Of a stretch of DNA of 32,000 nucleotides, positions 16,163 through 24,789 are shown one piece after another. Every line of letters starts with the position of its first letter. Positions within the stretch are counted from its first letter, which is position 1. The DNA is from Pseudomonas aeruginosa (lineage in GTDB: Bacteria > Pseudomonadota > Gammaproteobacteria > Pseudomonadales > Pseudomonadaceae). Position numbers and translations under genes: made by a program. The stretch covers positions 6,120,001-6,152,000 of the forward strand of contig NZ_LN831024.1 of assembly GCF_001457615.1 (NCBI RefSeq), written 5' to 3'. Under the pieces are notes generated by a model that searched no databases, was not told where the DNA came from, and worked only from the letters and a program-made list of their open reading frames with translations.

Positions 16163-17452
16163 TCAGCTGCCGGCCACCTTGCGCACGTGGGCGGACTCCT
16201 CGCCGAGGTTGTTCAGCATGCGCTCGCTGTACCAGTCGAGGAAATTGATCACACCGAACTCGTAGGTCTTCGAGTATGGACCAGGCTGGTAGGCGTCGGA
16301 GTTGATCCCGCGCTGGTTCTCCTCGGCCAGCCGACGATCCTGGTCGTTGGTCGCGTCCCATACCTCGCGCAGGCGCGCCACGTCGTAGTCGACGCCTTCC
16401 ACCGCGTCCTTGTGCACCAGCCATTTGGTGGTGACCAGGGTTTCCTGGGCGCTGATCGGCCACACGGTGAAGACGATCAGGTGGTCGCCCATGCAGTGGT
16501 TCCAGGAGTGCGGCAGGTGCAGGATGCGCATCGAGCCGAGGTCGGGATTCTTGATCCGGCCCATGAGCTTCTTGCTGCCCTGCTTGCCGTCCATGGTCAT
16601 CGACACCGTGCCGTCCAGCAGCGGCATGCGCACGATGCGATTGCGCAGGCCGAAGCTGGCATGGGCGTACGGGATCTTCTCGGCGTCCCAGGCGCTGGTG
16701 CAGGCCGCCACCTGGTCCTTGAACGCCTGGCTGGCGCGCGGGTCGGTGACGTCGTCCCACTCCAGCAGGGTCTTCAGCAGTTCCGGGTGGGAGCCGTTGC
16801 AGTGGTAGCACTCGCGGTTGTTCTCGATCACCAGCTTCCAGTTGGCGGCTTCGCGGATGGTGGTCTGCACCGCCACCTTGGCGTTCTCCATGTCGTACGG
16901 CTCCATGTAGTGCTCGAGCGTCGCCAGGAAGTCGTCGATGGCCGGCGGGTTCTCCGCCAGGCTGATGAAGATGTAGCCGCCGGCGGTCTTCACCTGGATC
17001 GGCTTCAGGCCGTACTCCTTCATGTCGAAGTCGGCGCCCATCTCGGTGCCGGCGAACAGCAGGCGGCCATCCAGCTCGTAGGTCCACTGGTGGTAGGGGC
17101 AGACCAGCTTGGCCACCTTGCCTTTCTCGCTCACGCACAGGCGCGAGCCGCGGTGCCGGCAGACATTGTGGAAGGCATGCACCTGGCCTTCGGCGCCACG
17201 GATCACCAGGACCGGGTTCTTGCCGATCTGCAGGGTGAGGAAATTGCCCTTGGCGGGAATCTCGCAGGTCATGCCGGCGATCAGCCATTCCTTGTGGAAG
17301 ATCTCCTGCATGTCGATCTCGAACAGGCGCTGGTCGCAGTAGAAGGGCTGCGGCAGCGAGAAGCTGTGGTCGCGGCTGCGCAGCATGTCGGCGGTGGCCT
17401 TGCGGGCCGGTTCCAGGGGATCGCCGAGACTCAGGGTGGAAGTGACGTCCAT
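16163..17452 (-). CDS. gbcA: Glycine betaine monooxygenase/dioxygenase, Rieske oxygenase component
   Basis: 429 aa; Rieske motif CRHRGSRLC...CPYHQWTYELDG, ring-hydroxylating C-terminal domain; divergent from a matching ferredoxin reductase gene. Confidence 0.93.
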   Translation of the reverse strand: MDVTSTLSLGDPLEPARKATADMLRSRDHSFSLPQPFYCDQRLFEIDMQEIFHKEWLIAGMTCEIPAKGNFLTLQIGKNPVLVIRGAEGQVHAFHNVCRHRGSRLCVSEKGKVAKLVCPYHQWTYELDGRLLFAGTEMGADFDMKEYGLKPIQVKTAGGYIFISLAENPPAIDDFLATLEHYMEPYDMENAKVAVQTTIREAANWKLVIENNRECYHCNGSHPELLKTLLEWDDVTDPRASQAFKDQVAACTSAWDAEKIPYAHASFGLRNRIVRMPLLDGTVSMTMDGKQGSKKLMGRIKNPDLGSMRILHLPHSWNHCMGDHLIVFTVWPISAQETLVTTKWLVHKDAVEGVDYDVARLREVWDATNDQDRRLAEENQRGINSDAYQPGPYSKTYEFGVINFLDWYSERMLNNLGEESAHVRKVAGS

Positions 17453-17780
17453 CGGTAACTCCTCATGCCGCCCCCGCGCGGGTGGCGGCGGAAAAAGTGG
17501 CTGATACGGTTGCTACGCAAGGTGGCGTTCACAGCCTTCCTCATCCCGGCGCGGCGTCCGGAATCCCGCCCTGCCGATGGACGGGCCCCGCCGTGGCGGG
17601 AATGAAGGTCAGTCGCTCTACACGTCCGGGCTCTACCCTCCCGGGGTTCATGCAAACCCTCGTCTCGGCTGGTCTGGAGTGTGGGCCCGCGCCCGCCGCC
17701 GACCTTATCCATGGGCGACATGACCGCATCCGTTTCCGACGCTCCGGGCCGCGCCCCAGCAGGCAGGTCGCGATAAGCAT

Positions 17781-17804
17781 GTAAATGTCGCTGGCAGGTA
17801 AATG
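17781..17804 (+). promoter_or_regulatory. Candidate activator direct repeat upstream of gbcB (GTAAATG-N10-GTAAATG)
   Basis: GTAAATG at 17781-17787 and at 17798-17804 (17-bp period) inside the 424-bp divergent gbcA/gbcB intergenic region. Confidence 0.35.
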
Positions 17805-17876
17805 AGCGGCCACGGCGATGCGCACAATCCGCCCCATCAGGCCATCGTTCGGCCCCGTGCGCACGGAGAGATCATC

Positions 17877-18977
17877 ATGTCGAGCAACTTCCTCAATCCG
17901 GTCACCACCCAGACCTGGGCCAACGGCCGGCACCTCGTGCGCTGCGTCAAGGTCATCCAGGAAACCTGGGACGTGCGCACCTTCTGCTTCATGGCCGACC
18001 AGCCGATCCTGTTCTTCTTCAAGCCGGGCCAGTTCGTCACCCTGGAGCTGGAGATCGACGGCGAGCCGGTGATGCGCTCCTACACCATCTCCAGCTCGCC
18101 CTCGGTGCCCTACAGCTTCTCCATCACCATCAAGCGGGTGCCGGGCGGGCGGGTTTCCAACTGGCTGCACGACAACCTCAAGGAAGGCCAGGAGCTACCG
18201 GTGCACGGTCCGGTCGGCCTGTTCAACGCCATCGACTTCCCGGCCGACAAGGTGCTGTTCCTCTCCGGCGGGGTCGGCATCACCCCGGTGATGTCCATGG
18301 CGCGCTGGTTCTTCGACACCAACGCCAACGTCGACATGGTCTTCGTCCACAGCGCCCGTTCGCCGAAGGACATCATCTACCACCGCGAGCTGGAGCACAT
18401 GGCCTCGCGGATCGACAACTTCAGCCTGCACATCATCTGCGAGCGCCACGGCCTCGGCGAAGCCTGGGCCGGCTACCGTGGCTACCTGAACCTGCGCATG
18501 CTGGAACTGATCGCCCCGGACTTCCTCGAGCGGGAAATCTTCTGCTGCGGCCCGACGCCCTATATGAGCGCGGTGAAGCACCTGCTGCAGGGCCACGGCT
18601 ACGACATGAGCCGCTACCACGAGGAAGCCTTCGGGCCGACTCCGCCGGAGGTCCGCGCCGACGTCAGGGAACTGGCCGCGGAAGCCGCCGAGGCGCCGGA
18701 GGTACCGGTCGCCGACCAGCACCAGGTGGAATTCACCGCCACCGGCAAGAGCATCCGCGTCAGCCCCGGGGAAACCGTGCACGCCGCCGCCGCCAAGCTC
18801 GGCCTGCACATTCCGAAGGCCTGCGGGATGGGCATATGCGGCACCTGCAAGGTAATGAAGACCGCCGGCGAGGTGGAGATGGAGCACAACGGCGGGATCA
18901 CCGACGAGGATGTCGCCGAAGGCTACATCCTCTCCTGCTGCAGCGTGCCCAAGGGCGACGTGGTCATCGACTACTGA
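17877..18977 (+). CDS. gbcB: Glycine betaine demethylase ferredoxin reductase component
   Basis: 366 aa; FAD/NAD reductase motifs (RSYTISSSP, FLSGGVGITPVMSM) and C-terminal 2Fe-2S ferredoxin (ACGMGICGTCKV...GYILSCCSVP). Confidence 0.93.
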   Translation: MSSNFLNPVTTQTWANGRHLVRCVKVIQETWDVRTFCFMADQPILFFFKPGQFVTLELEIDGEPVMRSYTISSSPSVPYSFSITIKRVPGGRVSNWLHDNLKEGQELPVHGPVGLFNAIDFPADKVLFLSGGVGITPVMSMARWFFDTNANVDMVFVHSARSPKDIIYHRELEHMASRIDNFSLHIICERHGLGEAWAGYRGYLNLRMLELIAPDFLEREIFCCGPTPYMSAVKHLLQGHGYDMSRYHEEAFGPTPPEVRADVRELAAEAAEAPEVPVADQHQVEFTATGKSIRVSPGETVHAAAAKLGLHIPKACGMGICGTCKVMKTAGEVEMEHNGGITDEDVAEGYILSCCSVPKGDVVIDY

Positions 18978-21412
18978 GGGCGCGAGGGAAACGCCAGGCG
19001 CTCCCAGTAGCGCCGCCGCGGCAGTTCCTCGGCCGGCAGCCAGCGTCCGGCGCAGGCCTGCAGCGGCTCGGCGGGAGCCTTCAGCAGCGAGTCCAGGGCC
19101 AGCACGTAGCGCCCCGTCCCCGCGCAGCGGAAACACAGGTCGTCGTCGAAGCTGTCGAAGCACGGGTACTCGCCGAGGTCGTCGCGGTAGCGACGCAACG
19201 TCCGCTCTTGCACGTCGAGCAGCAGCAGGCGCCACTGGTCCCGTTCCAGGTCGCTTTCCTCGTAGCGCTGGACGTGCCGGGTCAGCGCCAGGTAGCGACC
19301 GTCCGCCGACCAGATCATTGGCGCCGCCAGGTTGCCCAAGCCGATGCCCGACGCGGTCAGCAGGTAGCCGTCGCGGCTGAACCCGGCGCGCACGTCCTCG
19401 TCGCGGTGCATGCCCTCGTAGTGGAAACCGAAGCCCCAGGCGGCGTCTTCCGCGCCCACCGACGGCAAGACGAAGTCGCCGTCGCTCCAGGGCCGCGGCG
19501 CTGCGTCCAGCCAGCGCGACGTGGGGCACAGCCGCCAGGCCGTGCCATCGAACGCCACCCGCGCCTGCTCGTAGTAATGCCGCCAGTCGTCGTGGAAGCG
19601 GCCGAATGCGTGCCAGGCGCCGGGCTCGGGCAAGCCTTCGTCGAAGCGGCGCAACAGGCCGGGGTCGCCTTCGCCCGGCCCGCCCGGCGGCTGGTAGGCG
19701 TTGCGGCCGAGCAGGTGGAGCAAATGCACCTGGCCATCGATGAAACCTTGCAGGTGTAGATCGGCCAGCGGCTCGGCGAGCCACTCCAGGCGCCGCTCCC
19801 GGCTATCGAGTATGGCCAGGCGCTGCGGCAGGGTCGGCGCCTCGGCGAAGGCCACCACGGCCAGGTAGCGACCGCAATCGGACACGCGGTGGTCGAGCGT
19901 CCACTCGCCATCCAGGCGCCAGTCGCCCAGGCGCAAGGCATAGGCGCCGCGCTCCGCCTCCTGATCGTCGCGCAACCACTCCCAGACGGCCCGGCTGCCA
20001 TCGGCCAGCGGTGCGCTCTGCAACAGGCATCCCGGCCTGCCGGCCGCGCCATCCAGCGGCAGCAACAGGTCCAGGCGCGGCATGTCGGCCTCGCGCCAGC
20101 GCGGCCGGTCGTCCGCATCGCGAGCGTGCAGAAGGTAGAGGCTGGAATGGCTGTACGAACCCAGCGTGCCGTAGCGTTCGTAGGTCAGGCAGGGTTGCGC
20201 CAGGTCCAGGCCGAAACGCAGCCAGCCATCCTCCAGCCCGAGCAGTTCGGGCCCGCCGGCATGGGGCTCGGCGGGCAACGCCGACCACGGCGCGCCCAGC
20301 GCACGCAGGCCGCCGTCCTCTCGCCAAAGCCAGTAGGTATCCTGCCCCAGCGGCTCGCCTGCTGCCTGCAGCGCCAGCGCCCGGCCGTCATCGTTCCAAG
20401 CCAATGGCGGCGCTTCACGGGACAGGTAGAGGCCGCTGGCCTCGCCGTTTATCCACAGCTCGCCGCGGTTGGCGCGCAGCGGCGCGAAAGGATCGTCCAG
20501 GGCCAGCAGGCTGTCCGGCAGCCAGGGGCGGATTTCCAGCGCGGGCCCGCCAAGCGGGGACGGTAGCGGTTGCGCGCGCAGATCCCCGCTCCAGCGCTGC
20601 CATTCGCTTTCGGGCAGCCAGAGGTCACCGATGGCAACGAAGGCCTCGGCCTCGCTGCCGGCCTTGAGCGCCTGCAGCTCGAGGCGCTGCGGTGCGTTGG
20701 ACGTCAGCGGGCTGTGCCGGCCGATCACCTCGCGCTCGGTGACGCTGTCCAGCTCCCAGAAGTTGTCCACGGCACAGCGGTAAAGCAACCGCTCCTGCCG
20801 GTCGAAGATCGCCAGGCCCCACGCGCCTCGGCTCGGTATCGGCGAAACGAAGTGGCGGCCATCGCTGGAAAAGCGTGCCGAAGGATTGCAGTCGGGGATG
20901 AAGCAACCGTCGGGCATCAGGTAGTGGCATACCAGCGGGCCGCCCATGGCGATCTCGCCGCCGTCGAACAGGCGGATCGGCTCGCCCTCGGGGGTTCGCT
21001 CGGGCGCTTCGCCGCCCCATGCGCTACCTCCGGCCGGCAGGGGTGCGTCCAGCGCTTGCGGAGCCTGGCGCTCCAGGCGCAGGCCGCGCTCGAAGCGGAT
21101 CTGCAACAGCACGCCGCCGATCACCGCCAGCAAGCCACCGCCCAGTCCCAGCCAGAAGCCCGGCAGTGCCTGGCCCAGGGCGATGCCGCCACCCAGAACC
21201 CAGAAGAACAGCGCCTGTTGCAGGCGATACGGCACCTTGCCGCGCCAACGATCCGTGGCCCACTCGGCGCCCAGCAGCAGCACCCAACCCAGCGCTACCA
21301 GCGGCAACGGAAGGAGGACGCCAAGGGCCACCAGCACGGCGATCCAGGCGATCTCGCCGAGGCCTTCGAGCAACAAGCGGCCGAGCGGCTTGTCTGACAT
21401 CCGATCATCCAT
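18971..21412 (-). CDS. Large hypothetical protein: N-terminal TM segments plus repetitive W/G-rich domain
   Basis: Long open frame; MDDRMSDKPLGRLLLEGLGEIAWIAVLVALGVLLPLPLVALGWVLLL... then a long extracytoplasmic-like region with recurring DGxxW/LLLLD segments. Alternative starts at 21442 and 21400. Confidence 0.8.
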   Translation of the reverse strand: MDDRMSDKPLGRLLLEGLGEIAWIAVLVALGVLLPLPLVALGWVLLLGAEWATDRWRGKVPYRLQQALFFWVLGGGIALGQALPGFWLGLGGGLLAVIGGVLLQIRFERGLRLERQAPQALDAPLPAGGSAWGGEAPERTPEGEPIRLFDGGEIAMGGPLVCHYLMPDGCFIPDCNPSARFSSDGRHFVSPIPSRGAWGLAIFDRQERLLYRCAVDNFWELDSVTEREVIGRHSPLTSNAPQRLELQALKAGSEAEAFVAIGDLWLPESEWQRWSGDLRAQPLPSPLGGPALEIRPWLPDSLLALDDPFAPLRANRGELWINGEASGLYLSREAPPLAWNDDGRALALQAAGEPLGQDTYWLWREDGGLRALGAPWSALPAEPHAGGPELLGLEDGWLRFGLDLAQPCLTYERYGTLGSYSHSSLYLLHARDADDRPRWREADMPRLDLLLPLDGAAGRPGCLLQSAPLADGSRAVWEWLRDDQEAERGAYALRLGDWRLDGEWTLDHRVSDCGRYLAVVAFAEAPTLPQRLAILDSRERRLEWLAEPLADLHLQGFIDGQVHLLHLLGRNAYQPPGGPGEGDPGLLRRFDEGLPEPGAWHAFGRFHDDWRHYYEQARVAFDGTAWRLCPTSRWLDAAPRPWSDGDFVLPSVGAEDAAWGFGFHYEGMHRDEDVRAGFSRDGYLLTASGIGLGNLAAPMIWSADGRYLALTRHVQRYEESDLERDQWRLLLLDVQERTLRRYRDDLGEYPCFDSFDDDLCFRCAGTGRYVLALDSLLKAPAEPLQACAGRWLPAEELPRRRYWERLAFPSRPQ

Positions 21413-21442
21413 GATCCATCCCACTTTCCTGGCAAAAGCCAA

Positions 21443-22811
21443 GGGTAATCAAGGCTCCGACCAACCACCAGAGCCACGGCGAAGCTGACCTTCTCATACT
21501 GGAAAACACCAGGGCGCCAAGGTTGTCCACATTCGGACTGGAATTCCATACAGGTGTTCCTTCGCCGCCTGAATGTCCGCCATGTGTTCACTCAAGCATT
21601 TGAAATAAAAGATAAATTCTACAAATTCAAGTGCATTTCAGGGCCGGCTACTCAGCCCGTCCCTGCCTCCGGGAAGCCCTTTCCAGGCTAGGTTGATCAC
21701 AGACTTATCCACAAGTTGTGCAATCCATCGCCTCCTCTATGTCCTGCGGGTCCAGAAACAACATACCGACAATGCCTCCTCCGTGGCGCGAGGGCTCCGC
21801 AAGCCCATCCGGCTTTCCTTCCGGGTAAATCGCACTTCGCCGCACGCTCGGCCTGGCCGCACTCTCCTGCTCATTTAACGATCAATCCGCCAGAGACCCC
21901 GCCGTCCGGCCGCCCCAAGCGTGAGCGAACAATTTTTCCACAGGGCTTTACACTCCCCTTGGGGAAAACCAGAAAAATATTCACAGGATGAAGAAAAAAC
22001 CTGGCCTATTCTGGCTCTTCATCCCTTCCCGCCCGGCCTGACCATTTATTGACCAACTCCATGCAGGCCTTACCTTATAAGGCTTACAGAACTATCCATA
22101 CAGGTTGTCCACAAGGCTTTCCAGGCCTTTTGTGAGCAACCCTGCGTTTGTGCACATGCCCCCTAAAGCAAGCCGGCAGCCTGTTGACAGAAAATCCGCT
22201 CAATTCTTGACCAATAGCCTGGAAGGCGCGGGCCCTCTGGCTCCCAGCATTCTATAAACAGGCTCTGCACACTGACCTCAACAGGAATTGGGGGAAATTC
22301 CCGGCGGCGGCCGCAACCGCTGTTCCAGCGCCATCGGAGCGGGAGAATTTTGTCTTTTTCCTCAAGCCGTTACGTCCGCGCAGGGGGTTTGCGGCATTTG
22401 CCCCCACTTCGCTCCTTGCTTTTCTATCCACAGGCCTGTCTGGGTCCCGCAGGGACAATGCCCGTCACCGTTTCGTCAGCGCTTTTCACCTGAACCTTCA
22501 TCGTCCTTTCACAAACGGCTGTTTTCGCTCAAAAACCGACCAACCTCCGAAGAGCCCGGCAGGGCGCCGCGCGGAAGCGACTGCGAACACGTTATTCACA
22601 TTCGACTCCACAGTGTTTGTGGATTGGCCAGGTTCTCCTGGCATGGGAGTGGAACCGCGTGGATAAAGGCTTTCAACACCCCCGGCGGAGATAGGGAGGG
22701 TGTTGCCGGGGGCACTTTTGCATAGCTCCCGAACAGTTAGCCCACAGAGTTACCCACAGGATTTGGGGAAAGAGCGGCCGCCCCGCGCCATGGGGGCGAC
22801 CGAGAGCGGAC
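21443..22811. other. Long non-coding spacer with a cluster of DnaA-box-like 9-mers (candidate datA-like or origin-like locus)
   Basis: By eye: TTGTCCACA 21523-21531, TTATCCACA 21705-21713 (exact consensus), TTTTCCACA 21934-21942, ATATTCACA 21977-21985, TTGTCCACA 22105-22113, TTGTGCACA 22148-22156, CTATCCACA 22434-22442, TTATTCACA 22592-22600, TTACCCACA 22750-22758 (plus strand); TTATCCACG on minus at 22658-22666. No convincing CDS. Confidence 0.6.
21601..21638. other. AT-rich stretch (candidate unwinding element) beside the DnaA-box cluster
   Basis: tgaaataaaagataaattctacaaattcaagtgcattt: 30 of 38 bases A/T in an otherwise GC-rich chromosome. Confidence 0.35.
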
Positions 22812-23852
22812 TCAGGCGCCCATCACCAGGCGGATGTCCCGCGCCAGTTCGCGGACCCGCTCGATATCGGTATCCCAGGAACACATGAAACGCGCGCCAC
22901 CTTCACCGATGAAGGTGTAGAAGCGCCAGCCGCGCGCGCGCAAGGCTTCGATCGCCGGCTCGGAAAGCTGTAGGAACACGCCGTTGGCTTCTACCGGGAA
23001 CATCAGGCTGACGCCGGGAACGTCGGCCACCAGCTCGGCCAGCAGGCGCGCGCAGCGGTTGGCGTGATCGGCGTAGCGCAGCCAGGCATCGTCCTGCAGT
23101 ACGCCGACCCAGGGCGCGGCGAGGAAGCGCATCTTCGAGGCCAGTTGGCCGGCCTGCTTGCAGCGGTAGTCGAAGTCCTCGGCCAGGTCGCGGTTGAAAA
23201 ACAGGATCGCCTCGCCCACCGCCATGCCGTTCTTGGTGCCGCCGAAGCAGAGCACGTCGACCCCGGCCTTCCAGCTCAGCTCCGCCGGCGAGCAGCCGAG
23301 GAAGGCGCAGGCGTTGGAGAAGCGCGCGCCGTCCATGTGCAGGTGCAGGCCGAGCTCCTTGCAGGTGGCGCTGATCGCCTTCAGCTCGTCCGGGCGGTAC
23401 ACCGTGCCGACCTCGGTGGCCTGGGTGAGAGTCACCACGCGCGGCTTCGGATAGTGGATATCCTGGCGCTTGAGAGCGATGTCGCGGATCGACGCCGGGG
23501 TCAGCTTGCCGACCTCGGTCTGCGCCAGCAGCAGCTTGGAGCCATTGGAGAAGAACTCCGGCGCGCCGCACTCGTCGGTCTCGACGTGGGCGGTCTCCGA
23601 GCAGATCACGCTGTGGTAGCTCTGGCACAGCGCAGCCAGGGCCAGGGAGTTGGCGGCGGTGCCGTTGAAGGCGAAGAACACTTCGCAATCGGTCTCGAAC
23701 AACTGGCGGAAGTAGTCCGAAGCACGCGCGGTCCACTGGTCGTCGCCATAGGCGCGTTCGTGGCCGCGGTTGGCTTCGGCCATCGCCGCCCAGGCTTCGG
23801 GGCAGATGCCGGAATAGTTGTCGCTGGCGAACTGTTGGGTGTGATCGGTCAT
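22812..23852 (-). CDS. ltaA: Low-specificity L-threonine aldolase (beta-eliminating lyase family, PLP)
   Basis: 346 aa; HLDGAR-type motif LHMDGARFSNACAFLG, CFGGTKNGMAVGEAILFF PLP lysine region. Start MTDHTQQFASDNYSG at 23852. Confidence 0.9.
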   Translation of the reverse strand: MTDHTQQFASDNYSGICPEAWAAMAEANRGHERAYGDDQWTARASDYFRQLFETDCEVFFAFNGTAANSLALAALCQSYHSVICSETAHVETDECGAPEFFSNGSKLLLAQTEVGKLTPASIRDIALKRQDIHYPKPRVVTLTQATEVGTVYRPDELKAISATCKELGLHLHMDGARFSNACAFLGCSPAELSWKAGVDVLCFGGTKNGMAVGEAILFFNRDLAEDFDYRCKQAGQLASKMRFLAAPWVGVLQDDAWLRYADHANRCARLLAELVADVPGVSLMFPVEANGVFLQLSEPAIEALRARGWRFYTFIGEGGARFMCSWDTDIERVRELARDIRLVMGA

Positions 23853-23932
23853 GTGGGCCTCTGGAACGGTTGCCGAGCCCTTGTGGGGCTCCATGCGGTC
23901 GTGCCGGCACGGGTACGTGCCGGCACAGTCTG

Positions 23933-24574
23933 TCAGGGTAGCTTGGTCAGCTTCATCTGCTCGACGAACGGCACCAGCACCTGGCGCATCGCCGTGGCGC
24001 TGCCGCCATTGGGCGTGTCGCGGGTGCTGAGGGTCAGTACGTAGCGGTTCTTGATCACTCCGCTGAGGGTCGAGACGCCCTCCTCGCCCTTGGCCGGGAC
24101 CATCACTCCCAGCGGGTCGCCCATCCGCGTGGTATCGATCAGCGGCAGGTAGTCCTCGCCGCCGAAGCGCTCGGCGGTGCCGTTCTTAAGGGCGGTCTCG
24201 CGGGTCTTGTGGAGCAGGGTCAGGTTGGTCTGGGTCATCTCGCGCAGCTTGTCCTGCGCCGCCCGATAGGCCACCGCGTCGCCCTCGGTCGGCGGCGCCG
24301 GCAGGCCGGTGTCGGTGAGGACGATCTCCAGGCGCTTGCTGCCGTCGGCAGCGCCGAAGACCACGGTGGCGTCGTTGTAGCCGCACTGGCGGGAGAGGAA
24401 GTCGTAGCCGAACAGTGGCTTGCCGGCCGGCGGCAAGGCCACTTCGAGTTCATGGCCGGTGCAGGAATCGGCCGGCAGCGCAGGCGCGGCGGCCTGCTTT
24501 TCATCGCCGCCCCCGCACCCTTGCAGGGATGCGCCGAGCAGCACGGCGGAAAGGAAGATCAGCGGGCGTTTCAT
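23933..24574 (-). CDS. Putative lipoprotein of unknown function
   Basis: 213 aa [27 protein letters not shown]..., clear lipobox LQGC. Confidence 0.8.
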   Translation of the reverse strand: MKRPLIFLSAVLLGASLQGCGGGDEKQAAAPALPADSCTGHELEVALPPAGKPLFGYDFLSRQCGYNDATVVFGAADGSKRLEIVLTDTGLPAPPTEGDAVAYRAAQDKLREMTQTNLTLLHKTRETALKNGTAERFGGEDYLPLIDTTRMGDPLGVMVPAKGEEGVSTLSGVIKNRYVLTLSTRDTPNGGSATAMRQVLVPFVEQMKLTKLP

Positions 24575-24789
24575 GGTGTTCTCGCAGGACGAAGAGCACG
24601 CAGTTTAGCGCCAGCCCGGGGCGTTCCGCATCGGTTGCCGATTCCCACCGCCATGTCGCAAACGCACCTCCCCGTGGCGTGCATAGGCATCTGGGCCGGC
24701 AGGGCCGGTCATACCATCGCTGGCAAAGGGACCGCGTGTCCCGTTGCAGCCATTCCGGCGCGGTTCCGGCGCCGCAGGGAGACCCAGCG

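Noticed and set aside
16187-17458. 423-aa ORF on the plus strand opposite gbcA
   Set aside because: Shadow of gbcA, whose Rieske motif is intact.
21693-21991. ORFs 21693-21878 and 21716-21991 in the long spacer
   Set aside because: Short, overlapping in different frames, unusual composition and no RBS; likely chance.
22092-22100. CTATCCATA as a further DnaA box
   Set aside because: Two mismatches from the consensus; not counted in the cluster.
22261-22460. Possible small RNA or minus-strand ORF 22252-22458
   Set aside because: No recognisable promoter-terminator pair or structure strong enough to claim; left to RNA-seq.
22618-22626. TGTGGATTG (minus CAATCCACA) as a DnaA box
   Set aside because: Two mismatches from TTWTNCACA; excluded from the count.
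22288-22725. 145-aa ORF in the long spacer (MGEIPGGGRNRCSSAIGAGEFCLFPQAVTSAQG...)
   Set aside because: No protein-like pattern, overlaps DnaA-box-like motifs on the same strand, no convincing RBS; treated as non-coding.
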